Source: Alphaproteobacteria bacterium
GTDB lineage: Bacteria > Pseudomonadota > Alphaproteobacteria > Rickettsiales > UBA3002
Assembly (NCBI GenBank): GCA_035911175.1
Contig: JAMHWA010000067.1
Span: 22,784 to 86,783 of the forward strand
Direction of reading: 5' to 3'
DNA length: 64,000 nt
The stretch's first letter is position 1, and the number at the start of each line of letters is the position of its first letter. Shown in pieces: positions 48,136 to 62,830 of this stretch. Below the pieces are notes generated by a model, which was given only the letters and a program-made list of their open reading frames with translations, did not search any database and was not told where the DNA came from. Made by a program: the position numbers and the translations under genes.

Positions 48136-49200
48136 TTAGTGGTTTACCACTTCTTGCGTAACTCGGTTACGTCCAGAATTCTTAGAAATATACAATGCCT
48201 CATCAGCCCGCGCAATCAACGTCGTTGCCGTATCCGTTGCCACACGGAAGCTAGCTACACCAATTGATACGGTAATTACACCAAAATTCTCTCCGGTTGT
48301 CTTGCGCTTCAGCTCTTTGCTGGCGATCGACTTACGAATCGCCTCGGCAACGACCATGCCGCCGCTCATGGGGGTGTTGGGCAAAATGACTGCAAATTCT
48401 TCACCGCCGTAGCGTGCAACGCAATCCATACCCTTCAGGGTATCGGTCAATGTTTTTGCTACAATCTTGAGCACCTCATCACCAATCAAATGGCCAAAAT
48501 TGTCATTGAAATGCTTAAAGTGATCGATGTCGATCATCATCAAGGTAAGTTCTAAACGATCCGACTTGGACTGAGCCAACGCATCATCAAGGCGACGATC
48601 GAACGCTTTGCGGTTAAAAGCACCGGTGAGGAAGTCGCGTTCGGCTTCGGTCATTGCCTTAGCAAGGTCTTCGCGCAGGGTGGCAATTTCCTGCTGCGCG
48701 CCCGCAAGGCGCTGCGTCATCGATTCACTATTAGTGCGGATAGCTTGAGCGCCATCCATCAGCGTGGTGGCAAGAAGCTTCACCACTTCCACGCTCATTT
48801 CTTCATCGATCGTTTTTAATTGATTCGTCACTTCTTGCGTCAGGGCATTGGTCTCGCCCGCGAACGTATTCACATTCACCATAATTTCGCCGAGTATACG
48901 CTTGGCGTTAGAGGCGGTATCTTCCATGACACGTGCTTGCGGTTCAGCGATATGCTTGTGATAGAGGTCCGCTAAAAACTCTTCAGTAAACGGGGTTTTG
49001 GAGGCAATTGCCTTATCAATCTTAGCCACCAACTCACTGGGCTGGCCGCCCGCACACGCAAAGAAAACGCTGTAATGCTGAGGAATTGGCATCACACGCA
49101 ACGAATTCATCATCGCCATCGCGCGCTCACCGTAAACGGCGGCCTGCGAGTTGGCTTTTACTGGCACTGTTTTACTGACTGGTTTGGTTACAAAAGACAT
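48136..49200 (-). CDS. Diguanylate cyclase (GGDEF domain, GGEEF active site) with a soluble N-terminal domain
   Basis: RDFLTGAFNRKAF...ARYGGEEFAVILPN. The position of the I-site RxxD reads KGMD. No TM segments seen. Confidence 0.88.
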   Translation of the reverse strand: MSFVTKPVSKTVPVKANSQAAVYGERAMAMMNSLRVMPIPQHYSVFFACAGGQPSELVAKIDKAIASKTPFTEEFLADLYHKHIAEPQARVMEDTASNAKRILGEIMVNVNTFAGETNALTQEVTNQLKTIDEEMSVEVVKLLATTLMDGAQAIRTNSESMTQRLAGAQQEIATLREDLAKAMTEAERDFLTGAFNRKAFDRRLDDALAQSKSDRLELTLMMIDIDHFKHFNDNFGHLIGDEVLKIVAKTLTDTLKGMDCVARYGGEEFAVILPNTPMSGGMVVAEAIRKSIASKELKRKTTGENFGVITVSIGVASFRVATDTATTLIARADEALYISKNSGRNRVTQEVVNH

Positions 49201-49347
49201 CGCCAGATAGTACCGATTGAATAGCTAACCCGTCAAGAGGATGCTTATATCTCTCGTTGTTTTTCTTGTAAAATTCACAGTTTATGACAAAATCGCCGCA
49301 TATTTGGCTATAACAGCACGTATAACTGTCTGAATAGGGGGTCGCCT

Positions 49348-49716
49348 GTGAGTTCCTCACCCGTTGCAAAAAATACCCCAAGTTTCTCTAGTGCTTCAAG
49401 CGCAGGGAGCGCGGTAATACGGCCAAAGATTATGCGTCGTCCTGCCCAATTTTCTAGCCCGACACCCGTTATCATCATGCAAGAGCCGGCACTGAACGCA
49501 CCCATCGAACATACTACTAGCACCACCCAAAAACCTTGGCAGGATGATGGGCGCTTTGCGATTGCACTGGTGCTGCTGCTCGTTGCCATCAACCTCTTGG
49601 CAAGTGCATGGCTATCTCCTGCAGAACCATCCGCAAAGCCACTGGTTTCACCACAGCTCAAGGCTCCTGCCGTTACCATCTTGAACGAACTTAATCCCCC
49701 AGAATCTAATCAGTAA
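49348..49716 (+). CDS. Small single-pass membrane protein (start uncertain)
   Basis: GTG start at 49348; ATG alternative at 49432. One TM segment (FAIALVLLLVAINLLASAWL). Its stop overlaps the downstream start (TAATG). Confidence 0.4.
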   Translation: MSSSPVAKNTPSFSSASSAGSAVIRPKIMRRPAQFSSPTPVIIMQEPALNAPIEHTTSTTQKPWQDDGRFAIALVLLLVAINLLASAWLSPAEPSAKPLVSPQLKAPAVTILNELNPPESNQ

Positions 49717-50285
49717 TGCGCATTGCCATCCATAGTGCCTCTGCCGCCGTTCGCCGTATATTAGAGCAAGCTATCACTCAATCGGGGCACCAAGTAAGTG
49801 CTGACCAAACAACGTCTGATGTACTCATCGAAGATACCATCCACCCGATAAAGCCCTCATTTGCTTATCCTCTGACACTGAAACTCGTCAAAGAAGGTGC
49901 TGCCGAGAATGCACTCAGGTGCCCACTGCACCCACACAACCTTGTTCAGCGCCTTACCATGCTTAGCAGCACGCAAACCATCCCCCTTGGCAATGGGTGG
50001 GGACTCGACATGCAAGCCCGCCTGCTTATTCATGCGCAGGCCAGCGCCCCACTGTCCCTCACAGAGAAGGAATGCGCTCTGCTCAAATATTTAGCTATCT
50101 CGCACCCTACCCCGCTAAACCGCGACGATTTACTGGAGCATGTCTGGGGCGTCGCCGGTGATGTCGATACCCATACGCTGGAAACCCATATCTACCGCCT
50201 ACGCGCTAAACTCGAGCCTTTAAGCCCCTCGCCTTGCGATATTTTGACACAGGGCGGCGCCTATACGCTGTTAATGAATGATTAA
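49716..50285 (+). CDS. OmpR/PhoB-type winged-helix DNA-binding protein with a short, degenerate receiver-like N-terminus
   Basis: C-terminus LSLTEKECALLKYLAISHPTPLNRDDLLEHVWG...DTHTLETHIYRLRAKL is a Trans_reg_C motif. The N-terminus MRIAIHSASAA lacks the acidic pocket. Confidence 0.75.
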   Translation: MRIAIHSASAAVRRILEQAITQSGHQVSADQTTSDVLIEDTIHPIKPSFAYPLTLKLVKEGAAENALRCPLHPHNLVQRLTMLSSTQTIPLGNGWGLDMQARLLIHAQASAPLSLTEKECALLKYLAISHPTPLNRDDLLEHVWGVAGDVDTHTLETHIYRLRAKLEPLSPSPCDILTQGGAYTLLMND

Positions 50286-50311
50286 ACCTTATATGTTACG
50301 CTCTTGATAGC

Positions 50312-50983
50312 ATGAGCAACGTATGGACACATCGCTTATTGGGTATAATTGGGGCACCGCAAGCTGGCTCTGAGCCTTCACCTGCGCCCAGTAATGAACC
50401 GAAATTTAAGCGTCCTTTCGTAGAAGGCCCCTCCGTTGCCGAACTTTACCAAGGCATCCAAGCCAAAATCGAGGCAATACGCACCAGCGACGAGGGAAGA
50501 AAAATTATTTCTGAATATCAATTGCTTAATAATCAGCCGGCATCGTACCTGAACACGATCCTGCGCAAAGAGGCATACCACAAACTAGAGGGGATGTTTA
50601 GGACGGCATTCGCCGAAGAGCTTGAAGCCTGCGTCACCAAGGAGCTGAGTGAACGCCCACGCAGAGATCCGGAGGGGTTAACACCTGAGGAGCGCAATGA
50701 GTTAACCCCTAAAGAGCGTCGAGAATTTGCCAATGCGGTCAAGGTTTACAACCGCGATCCGAATCACCCTCTCAGCGATACGTCCTACGAGAAGCAACTG
50801 CGCGACGATTTCCGCGAGGGAATCTGGGAAGAAGCCATCTCACCCCGCTACCAACCTTATGACCACTTTCCTCACATTCACAGCGTCATCGCAGAGCTTC
50901 TCGGGGACCGCGGAAAAGGGCAGGATTCCTCTTGGAAAGGTAGTGTCTGGAAAGACGGCGAGATAGATATACCCTGCCGCTAA
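50312..50983 (+). CDS. Orphan 223-aa charged protein
   Basis: Clean ORF 26 nt downstream of the wHTH gene. No recognisable domain. Confidence 0.55.
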   Translation: MSNVWTHRLLGIIGAPQAGSEPSPAPSNEPKFKRPFVEGPSVAELYQGIQAKIEAIRTSDEGRKIISEYQLLNNQPASYLNTILRKEAYHKLEGMFRTAFAEELEACVTKELSERPRRDPEGLTPEERNELTPKERREFANAVKVYNRDPNHPLSDTSYEKQLRDDFREGIWEEAISPRYQPYDHFPHIHSVIAELLGDRGKGQDSSWKGSVWKDGEIDIPCR

Positions 50984-51031
50984 ACGCTGTTTTCCTTGTC
51001 TTTGGGCCATGGGTGCCCTAAACCCCGCGCT

Positions 51032-52234
51032 ATGAGCGAACTTAGCAGCATCATCGAAAAAACCGCAACCAACGCGGATGACAGCGCCGAACAACTTTCG
51101 GCCAAGCCATCGCTTGTTGGCCTCACGCGTGAGCAACTCACCCAGCGCATCACCGATTTGGGGATTGAGCCCTTCCGTGCCAAACAAATTTGGCAATGGA
51201 TCTACACCAAGGGCGCGACCGAATTTGCGCAAATGAGCTCCATCAAAAAAGACACGCAAGCGCTGCTCGCTGAAACATACACCATCGAGCGCGCGGGTGT
51301 TTCGCGCAACGCCGTCAGCTTCGACCAAACGCAAAAATGGCTCCTCAAATTTGCCGATGGTAACGAGGTCGAAACCGTCTTCATCCCCGATAGCACTCGC
51401 GGCACATTGTGCGTGTCCTCCCAAGTCGGCTGCACGCTTGCTTGCACCTTTTGCCACACCGGCACGCAACGCCTTGTGCGCAACCTAACACCGAGCGAAA
51501 TCATCACCCAACTCCTCGTCGCGCGCGATGGCTTGGGCGAGTGGGATGGTAGCAATACGCCGCGCGCGAACGACAAAGTGCACACGCAAAAACATGGCAG
51601 CGTCACCCGCGAAAAACCCGCGCGCCAGATCAGCAATATTGTTTTTATGGGCATGGGCGAGCCGCTGTTTAACTACGACAATGTCGTCACCGCCTGTAAC
51701 CTAATGATGGATGGCGATGGCTTGGCGCTCAGCCGCCGCAAAATTACCGTGAGCACATCGGGCGTCGTGCCTAAAATCCGTGATTTGGCGAAGGATGCGG
51801 GCTGCAACCTTGCCATCTCGCTGCACGCAGTGACGGATGAGCTGCGTGATGTCATCGTCCCCATCAACCGCAAATACCCCATCGCTGAATTGCTCGATGC
51901 CTGCCGCGATTATCAAACCATCGTCAACGACCGCCACATCATGTTCGAGTATGTGATGCTCAACGGCGTGAATGATTCGGTGGAGGACGCGCATAAACTC
52001 GTCCAGCTCCTCAAAGGCATCCGCAGCAAGGTGAATCTCATTCCCTTCAACCCATGGCCGGGCGCGCCCTATACTTGCTCGTCCAACAACCGCATCCACG
52101 CCTTCGGGCGGGTGCTGATTGCTGCGGGCATTGCCGCCCCCATCCGCAAAACCCGCGGCGAGGATATCATGGCCGCCTGCGGCCAACTCAAATCCATGAG
52201 CGAGTTGAAGAAGGGGCAGAAGGTGAAGCTGTAG
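51032..52234 (+). CDS. rlmN: 23S rRNA/tRNA (adenine-C2)-methyltransferase RlmN (radical SAM)
   Basis: FRAKQIWQWIY, radical-SAM CTLACTFCHTG, and ...MGMGEPL. Start at the ATG at 51032. Confidence 0.92.
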   Translation: MSELSSIIEKTATNADDSAEQLSAKPSLVGLTREQLTQRITDLGIEPFRAKQIWQWIYTKGATEFAQMSSIKKDTQALLAETYTIERAGVSRNAVSFDQTQKWLLKFADGNEVETVFIPDSTRGTLCVSSQVGCTLACTFCHTGTQRLVRNLTPSEIITQLLVARDGLGEWDGSNTPRANDKVHTQKHGSVTREKPARQISNIVFMGMGEPLFNYDNVVTACNLMMDGDGLALSRRKITVSTSGVVPKIRDLAKDAGCNLAISLHAVTDELRDVIVPINRKYPIAELLDACRDYQTIVNDRHIMFEYVMLNGVNDSVEDAHKLVQLLKGIRSKVNLIPFNPWPGAPYTCSSNNRIHAFGRVLIAAGIAAPIRKTRGEDIMAACGQLKSMSELKKGQKVKL

Positions 52235-52292
52235 GGCTTCCCCATTGACCTAAATCAACACCCCACTCCCCAAGTTCTGCCACACATGCGGC

Positions 52293-53654
52293 ATGAAGCA
52301 CCCTGTTACACCCACGGATGATTTGGCATGGCTGGAGCGCGAAGCACCGCGCTACACCAGCTACCCCACCGCGCACCATTTTACCCCCGCTATCGGCGCA
52401 GCCCAGCATCATGAATGGCTGTCGAGCATCCGCGAACGCGATGCGGTGTCGGTCTACGTCCATATTCCGTTTTGCAAGGAGCTCTGCTGGTTCTGTGGCT
52501 GCCACACCAAAGCCACCAAGCGCTACGAACCGATTGCGGCGTATGTGCAGGTGTTGCTGCAAGAAATTAAACTGCTGAAACTGCACACCAGTGGGCGCGG
52601 CAAATTACACCAGATCCATTTCGGCGGTGGTTCGCCCAGCTTGCTCAACCGCGAGGATATGCTCGCTATCATCGAAGCCATTGCGGGCTGTTTCGAATAC
52701 GAACCGCTCGGTGAACTCGCCATCGAGCTCGACCCGCGCACCACCACGCCTGAAAATATTTTGCTCTATGCCGCGCTTGGATTCAACCGCGTCAGCATCG
52801 GCATTCAGGATTTCGATGACGTAGTGCAGCAGGCCATCAACCGCATCCAGCCCTATGAGATGGTGGCGGGGGTGATGCAGCAATTGCGCGATAGCGGCAT
52901 CCACGACATCAACGCCGACCTTGTCTATGGTCTGCCCCACCAAACGCCCGAACGCTTTGCGGACACACTCGCTAAAACCCTCTCCCTCGCCCCGCGTCGC
53001 ATTGCGCTATTCTCCTATGCGCATTTGCCGGAAATGAAAAAACACCAGCGGTTGATCGATGAAGCCGCACTGCCAAACGCGCGCGAAAAACTCGCTCTCT
53101 ATCAACAAGCCTGCGATGCGCTCGCCAACGCGGGTTATGTCGCCATCGGCATCGACCACTACGCCCACCCCGAGGATGCGCTCGCCATTGCCATGCAAAA
53201 CCGCAGCATGAAACGCAATTTCCAAGGCTATGTGACGGATGACACCGAACGCCTGATTGGCATTGGCTGTTCGTCCATCAGCCAGTTCCCCGAAGGCTAT
53301 ACGCAAAACAGCGCCAGCACGCCGGATTACACCGCACGCATTGCGCGCGGTGAATTGGCTGCGGTGCGTGGCCGCGCTTTCGCAGGCGATGACCTCGCGC
53401 GCAAAGCCATCATCGATCGCCTGATGTGTTTTCTTGAAATCGACCTTGCGGAAATCATCACGAGCTACCACCTGCCCGCCGATTATTTCGCGCGTGAGTT
53501 AGCCATGTTGCAGCACGCACCCTATGCCGGCATTGCCCAGTGCGCGGGTCAACACTTGCGCATCACCACACCCTACCGCATGGCGGCACGCGTGGTGGCC
53601 TCGGTGTTCGATGCCCACGCCCACACCGACCGCCGCTATTCCAAAGTAGCCTAA
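52293..53654 (+). CDS. hemN: Oxygen-independent coproporphyrinogen III oxidase
   Basis: PRYTSYPTA, radical-SAM YVHIPFCKELCWFCGC, and HFGGGSPS. Confidence 0.92.
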   Translation: MKHPVTPTDDLAWLEREAPRYTSYPTAHHFTPAIGAAQHHEWLSSIRERDAVSVYVHIPFCKELCWFCGCHTKATKRYEPIAAYVQVLLQEIKLLKLHTSGRGKLHQIHFGGGSPSLLNREDMLAIIEAIAGCFEYEPLGELAIELDPRTTTPENILLYAALGFNRVSIGIQDFDDVVQQAINRIQPYEMVAGVMQQLRDSGIHDINADLVYGLPHQTPERFADTLAKTLSLAPRRIALFSYAHLPEMKKHQRLIDEAALPNAREKLALYQQACDALANAGYVAIGIDHYAHPEDALAIAMQNRSMKRNFQGYVTDDTERLIGIGCSSISQFPEGYTQNSASTPDYTARIARGELAAVRGRAFAGDDLARKAIIDRLMCFLEIDLAEIITSYHLPADYFARELAMLQHAPYAGIAQCAGQHLRITTPYRMAARVVASVFDAHAHTDRRYSKVA

Positions 53655-53669
53655 CCCACCAACAAAAAA

Positions 53670-53697
53670 CCCAGCCCCGCGAGGGGACTGGGTTTTT
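53670..53697 (+). terminator. Rho-independent terminator after hemN
   Basis: CCCAGCCCC-GCGA-GGGGACTGGG (one bulge) followed by TTTTT. Confidence 0.75.
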
Positions 53698-53727
53698 GCT
53701 TTATTTCAATGTTTGGCCAAGTGGGCC

Positions 53728-53782
53728 GAATGCTAGGAGCACGTGCCGGTTCGATGAACCGGAGTGTAGCAGCGCTACATGA
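53728..53782 (+). repeat. Dispersed intergenic repeat, copy C
   Basis: GAATGCTAGGAGCAC (53728-53742), internal hairpin CCGGTTC-GAT-GAACCGG, and the core GTGTAGCAGCGCTACATGA (53764-53782). Confidence 0.6.
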
Positions 53783-53792
53783 GGATTCAGCA

Positions 53793-53823
53793 AAGCGGAT
53801 GCGACAACGCAGTCGGTCCGCTT
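53793..53823 (-). terminator. Hairpin 13 nt downstream of the rpoC stop (terminator-like, weak U tract)
   Basis: AAGCGGA...TCCGCTT with inner stem TGCG-ACAA-CGCA. On the minus strand it is followed by TGCTGAATCC. Confidence 0.4.
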
Positions 53824-53835
53824 CGCCAAATATCT

Positions 53836-58032
<4,197 letters not shown>

Positions 58033-58061
58033 TTACGTATGCTGCTGCGTATGGTAGATAT

Positions 58062-58087
58062 GCGCCCCGCCGTTGAAAGCGGGGCGC
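58062..58087 (-). promoter_or_regulatory. GC-rich intercistronic hairpin between rpoB and rpoC
   Basis: GCGCCCCGC-N8-GCGGGGCGC (9-bp stem), 10 nt after the rpoB stop. No U tract. Confidence 0.4.
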
Positions 58088-58097
58088 TCTATGAGAC

Positions 58098-61000
58098 TTA
58101 TGCTTCCTTCTCGACGAGATCCACATCGAGACCGAGTGAGCGAAGCTCTTTCGTCATTACGTGGAATGACTCAGGAATGCCCGACTCGAACGAGTGGTCG
58201 CCGCGAACGATGGATTCGTAAACCTTGCTACGGCCAGCGACGTCATCCGATTTAACGGTGAGCATCTCTTGCAGCGTATAGGCTGCACCGTAAGCTTGCA
58301 GTGCCCAGCACTCCATCTCCCCGAAGCGCTGACCACCGAACTGGCTCTTACCACCCAGCGGCTGCTGCGTAACAAGGCTGTATGGCCCGATGGAACGTGC
58401 GTGAATCTTATCATCGACCAAGTGGTGGAGTTTCAAGATGTAGATATAACCCACGGTCACATCACGGTCGAACACATCGCCCGTACGGCCATCGATCAGC
58501 GTTACCTGACCCGACGTTTTGTGACCCGCTTTGGTGAGCCAGTGGTTGATATCTTTCTCTTTCGCACCGTCGAATACTGGCGTTGCGAATGGCACACCTT
58601 TGGTGAGGTTTTCACCCAATTCCATCAGCGCGCCTTTGTCCATTTTCTTGATCTCGGACTGGTGCTCTTTCTCATCATAGACTTCGAGCAGTTTGTCCTT
58701 CAGCACATCCAGCTTCGCGCCTTGCTGCACGGCTTTCACCATGTCACCAATTTGCTGACCAATACCCGCCGAAGCCCAACCCAAGTGCGTCTCAAGAATC
58801 TGACCAACGTTCATGCGGCTTGGTACACCCAATGGGTTCAGTACCACATCCACAGGGCGGCCATCCTCAAGGTGAGGCATATCCTCCACAGGAACAATGT
58901 TCGAAATCACCCCTTTGTTACCATGGCGACCGGCCATTTTGTCCCCTGGCTGAAGCTTGCGCTTCACGGCAACGAACACTTTGACCATCTTCAGTACGCC
59001 TGGCATCAAATCATCACCGGATTGTACTTTCTCGACTTTCTCTTCAAAGCGCTTGTTGAGCGAGTCGATGGCGTCATCGAGCTGCTTCTTCAGCGCCTCG
59101 ACTTTTTTCATCGCTTTCTCGTCCTTCAGGGCAATCTGCCACCACAGGCCACGCGCGGTTTCGTTCAACTGCGCCTCAGTGATTGCTTTGTCCGTCTTGA
59201 AGCCTTTCGGCCCCTTAACGGCGGTCTTGCCGACCAGCAATTCCTTCAGCGAGCTGTAAACATAACGCTCGGCAATGCCACGTTCATCGTCACGGTCTTT
59301 CGACAAACGGTCGATTTCCGCACGCTCGATTGCTACCGCACGCTCATCCTTCTCGATACCACGGCGGCTGAAGATACGCACGCCCACGATGGTGCCTTGG
59401 TTGCCTGGAGGCAAACGCAGCGAGCTATCACGAACGTCCGAAGCCTTCTCACCGAAGATGGCGCGCAGGAGTTTTTCCTCTGGCGTCATTGGCGATTCCG
59501 ATTTCGGCGTCACTTTACCAACGAGAATATCGCCGGGCTTCACTTCCGCACCGATATGCACCACGCCGATTTCATCGAGGCTGCGCAGGGCTTCCTCACC
59601 GACGTTGGGGATATCACGGGTAATCTCTTCAGGCCCGAGCTTCGTATCACGCGCCATGATCTCGAATTCTTCGATGTGAATCGAGGTAAAGCGATCCTCA
59701 GCCACAAGGCGCTCCGAAATCAGGATCGAATCCTCGTAGTTGTAACCATTCCATGGCATGAACGCGACAAGCATGTTCTGACCGAGCGCGAGCTCGCCCA
59801 GTTCGGTGCTTGGGCCATCAGCAATCACATCGCCTGCTTTTACTTGGTCGCCCACTTTCACAATCGGGCGCTGGTTGATGCAGGTGTTCTGGTTGCTGCG
59901 TTGGAATTTCTGCAAGGTGTAGATATCCACGCGCGGCGTACCATCTTCGTTGGTTTCGTCGCAACGGATCACAATACGGTTGGCAGCCACTTGGTCGACC
60001 ACACCAGCGCGACGCGCCGATTGTGCCGCACCCGAATCGCGTGCCACTACTTCTTCCATACCCGTTCCAACGAGCGGTGCATCCGCGCGCACCAGCGGTA
60101 CGGCTTGGCGTTGCATGTTCGAACCCATCAGCGCGCGGTTCGCATCATCGTTCTCAAGGAACGGGATGAGTGCCGCTGCCACGGAAACGAGCTGCTTCGG
60201 CGCTACGTCCATGTATTCAATTGCTTCTGGCATCGCCATCACGAAGTCGCCGTTCTTGCGGCAGCTCACGAGGTCCTCGTTGAACTTGTCGTTCGTCAGA
60301 CCCGCGTTTGCTTGCGCAATGGTGTAGCGGCCTTCTTCAATCGCCGAGAGATACACCACTTCATCCAACACTTTGCCCGCTTTCACTTTGCGGTACGGCG
60401 TTTCGATGAAGCCATATTTGTTGATGCGCGCATAAGTAGCGAGCGAGTTGATCAGACCGATGTTCGGACCCTCGGGGGTTTCAATCGGGCAGATGCGGCC
60501 GTAATGCGTTGGGTGCACGTCGCGCACTTCAAAGCCTGCACGTTCACGCGTCAGACCACCAGGCCCAAGCGCCGACAGACGACGCTTGTGCGTAATCTCG
60601 GAGAGTGGGTTGGTTTGATCCATGAATTGCGACAATTGCGACGAACCGAAGAACTCACGCACCGCAGCCACCAGTGGCTTGGCGTTGATGAGGTCATGCG
60701 GCATCACCGTGTCGATGTCCACGCTGCTCATGCGCTCGGTGATCCCGCGCTCCATGCGCAGCAAACCGAGACGGAATTGGTTTTCCATCAACTCACCCAC
60801 CGAGCGAACGCGACGGTTGCCAAGGTGATCGATATCGTCGATTTCACCACGGCCATCTTTCAAATCCACAAGGGTTTTGATGGTGTTGATGATGTCTTCG
60901 TTGGTCAGCACGCCCACTTCTTCTTTGTGGTTGAGGTTCAAGCGCGCATTCATTTTCACGCGACCCACTTCCGAAAGGTCGTAGCGCTCAGACTCAAAGA

Positions 61001-62210
61001 ACATCGAGCGGAACAAGGTTTCTGCTGCTTCTGGTGTCGTTGGCTCACCAGGGCGCATCACGCGATAGATATCGATCAGCGCATCGTCCTTGGTCATGTT
61101 CTTATCGGCCACCAGCGTGTTGCGGATGTAGGCACCCACGTTCACGTGGTCAATCGCCAACACGGGCACATCGCTCACGCCTGCTTCATACAGCGTCTTG
61201 ATGAGGGCTGCGGTCAGCTCATCGCCAGCCTCAGCATAAATCTCGCCGGTTTTTTTGTTGATGAGGTCAGCCGCTACGTACGAACCGACAATGAAGTCCT
61301 CGTTCACGAGGATTTCCTTCAGGCCCGCTTCTTCAATTTTCTTGATGGCGCGTGGGGTCAGCTTGCTACCATTTTCGGCAACCACTTTACCCGTTTTCGC
61401 ATCCACGAGGTCGAAGGTCAGTTTCTGGCCTTTCCATGCGCTTGCGTCAAACGCCATCGTCCAGCCTTTTTTGCTGCTCTTGATGGTGCGCGTTGCATAG
61501 AAGGTGTTGAGGATTTGTTGGTTATCCATGCCGATTGCACGCAGGATGGTGGTCGCTGGCAGTTTGCGGCGACGGTCGATGCGCACATGCACGATATCTT
61601 TCGCATCGAACTCGAAATCGAGCCACGAACCACGGTACGGAATCACGCGTGCCGAGTAGAGATATTTACCCGAGCTGTGGGTTTTGCCATGGTCATGGTC
61701 GAAGAATACGCCTGGCGAACGGTGCATTTGCGAAACGATCACGCGCTCGGTGCCGTTGATGGTAAAGGTACCGTTTTCCGTCATCAGCGGAATGTCGCCC
61801 ATATAGACGTCTTGTTCTTTAATGTCCTTGATTTCGCGCGCGCCCGTATCGGCATCCACCAACCATACAATGAGGCGCAACGTTACGCGCAGGGGTGCCG
61901 CGAAGTTGATGCCACGCTGGCGGCACTCATCCACGTCATATTTCGGGCGGTCAAATTCGTAGCGAACATATTCCAGTGTGCTGGTATCGGCAAAATCTTT
62001 GATCGGGAATACGCTTTTCAATACCGCGTGCAGACCAGTATTTCTGCGGTCCTTCACCGGAACAAACATTTGCAAGAACTGCTCGTACGAGTTCTTCTGT
62101 ACCTCGATGAGGTTAGGAAGCGACGTTGCCGAAAGCATCGTACCGAAATTTTTGCGAATGCGCTTACGCGAGGTGAATGAGTGCTGAAATACGTTTGCCG
62201 ATTGAGCCAT
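58098..62210 (-). CDS. rpoB: DNA-directed RNA polymerase subunit beta
   Basis: [24 protein letters not shown]-terminus and full-length RpoB-like sequence. Start at the ATG at 62210, which is M26 of the ORF-track ORF. Confidence 0.98.
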   Translation of the reverse strand: MAQSANVFQHSFTSRKRIRKNFGTMLSATSLPNLIEVQKNSYEQFLQMFVPVKDRRNTGLHAVLKSVFPIKDFADTSTLEYVRYEFDRPKYDVDECRQRGINFAAPLRVTLRLIVWLVDADTGAREIKDIKEQDVYMGDIPLMTENGTFTINGTERVIVSQMHRSPGVFFDHDHGKTHSSGKYLYSARVIPYRGSWLDFEFDAKDIVHVRIDRRRKLPATTILRAIGMDNQQILNTFYATRTIKSSKKGWTMAFDASAWKGQKLTFDLVDAKTGKVVAENGSKLTPRAIKKIEEAGLKEILVNEDFIVGSYVAADLINKKTGEIYAEAGDELTAALIKTLYEAGVSDVPVLAIDHVNVGAYIRNTLVADKNMTKDDALIDIYRVMRPGEPTTPEAAETLFRSMFFESERYDLSEVGRVKMNARLNLNHKEEVGVLTNEDIINTIKTLVDLKDGRGEIDDIDHLGNRRVRSVGELMENQFRLGLLRMERGITERMSSVDIDTVMPHDLINAKPLVAAVREFFGSSQLSQFMDQTNPLSEITHKRRLSALGPGGLTRERAGFEVRDVHPTHYGRICPIETPEGPNIGLINSLATYARINKYGFIETPYRKVKAGKVLDEVVYLSAIEEGRYTIAQANAGLTNDKFNEDLVSCRKNGDFVMAMPEAIEYMDVAPKQLVSVAAALIPFLENDDANRALMGSNMQRQAVPLVRADAPLVGTGMEEVVARDSGAAQSARRAGVVDQVAANRIVIRCDETNEDGTPRVDIYTLQKFQRSNQNTCINQRPIVKVGDQVKAGDVIADGPSTELGELALGQNMLVAFMPWNGYNYEDSILISERLVAEDRFTSIHIEEFEIMARDTKLGPEEITRDIPNVGEEALRSLDEIGVVHIGAEVKPGDILVGKVTPKSESPMTPEEKLLRAIFGEKASDVRDSSLRLPPGNQGTIVGVRIFSRRGIEKDERAVAIERAEIDRLSKDRDDERGIAERYVYSSLKELLVGKTAVKGPKGFKTDKAITEAQLNETARGLWWQIALKDEKAMKKVEALKKQLDDAIDSLNKRFEEKVEKVQSGDDLMPGVLKMVKVFVAVKRKLQPGDKMAGRHGNKGVISNIVPVEDMPHLEDGRPVDVVLNPLGVPSRMNVGQILETHLGWASAGIGQQIGDMVKAVQQGAKLDVLKDKLLEVYDEKEHQSEIKKMDKGALMELGENLTKGVPFATPVFDGAKEKDINHWLTKAGHKTSGQVTLIDGRTGDVFDRDVTVGYIYILKLHHLVDDKIHARSIGPYSLVTQQPLGGKSQFGGQRFGEMECWALQAYGAAYTLQEMLTVKSDDVAGRSKVYESIVRGDHSFESGIPESFHVMTKELRSLGLDVDLVEKEA

Positions 62211-62322
62211 AAAATCCCACCGATAGATAAATGAATTTGTGAAGTATCTTTTTTCTCGCGCTAAGACCGTACGCGACGACGGCATTCATCTTAAAAGGGA
62301 CGCAACTTACTTAACGCGAGAA

Positions 62323-62352
62323 AGGAGCCCCACCAAAATTGGCGAGGCTCCT
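62323..62352 (-). terminator. Attenuator-like hairpin between rplL and rpoB
   Basis: AGGAGCC...GGCTCCT stem about 31 nt after the rplL stop, followed on the minus strand by TTTCTCGCG. An rplL-rpoB attenuator is known in E. coli. Confidence 0.5.
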
Positions 62353-62383
62353 TGTCATGCATTAGGCTTGCGCCCAAGCCGAA

Positions 62384-62755
62384 CTACTTGAGTTCAACTT
62401 TAGCACCAGCAGCTTCAAGCTGCTTCTTGAGCTTCTCAGCTTCGTCCTTAGCAACGCCTTCTTTAACGTTCTTAGGAGCGCCTTCAACGAGGTCTTTTGC
62501 TTCTTTGAGGCCAAGACCGGTGATCGCACGTACTTCTTTAATTACGTTGATCTTGTTCGCGCCGCCGTCAGCAAGGACAACGGTGAACTCGGTTTTTTCT
62601 TCAGCTGCAGCAGCAGCTGGGCCAGCAGCGGCAGCAACTGCTACAGGTGCAGCAGCCGAAACGCCCCATTTTTCTTCGAGAAGTTTGCTGAGTTCAGCAG
62701 CTTCCAAAACGCTGAGAGCCGAAAGTTTCTCAACCAAATCATTCAAGTTCGACAT
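62384..62755 (-). CDS. rplL: 50S ribosomal protein L7/L12
   Basis: Ala-rich hinge plus [27 protein letters not shown]. Confidence 0.96.
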   Translation of the reverse strand: MSNLNDLVEKLSALSVLEAAELSKLLEEKWGVSAAAPVAVAAAAGPAAAAAEEKTEFTVVLADGGANKINVIKEVRAITGLGLKEAKDLVEGAPKNVKEGVAKDEAEKLKKQLEAAGAKVELK

Positions 62756-62830
62756 AGTAATTCCCCTAAAGTAAAAAATAAAAATTAAACTAGTTTGCTA
62801 AGCCCTAACCCCTAGACCCTAGCGACTTCT

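Noticed and set aside
49273-49290. TTGTCAT-AAA-CTGTGAA (minus strand) upstream of the GGDEF gene as a box.
   Set aside because: It has a 10-bp rather than 11-bp period, a TGTGA second repeat, and a different distance to the nearest -10-like hexamer (TATAAG). It may be a related site, but it is not convincing enough to count.
58194-62180. A 1328-aa open reading frame on the plus strand, antisense to rpoB.
   Set aside because: It lies entirely inside the unmistakable rpoB CDS. Its translation is low-complexity (R/H/F/V-rich) with no recognisable motifs. This is the typical stop-free shadow frame of a GC-rich, strongly codon-biased gene.
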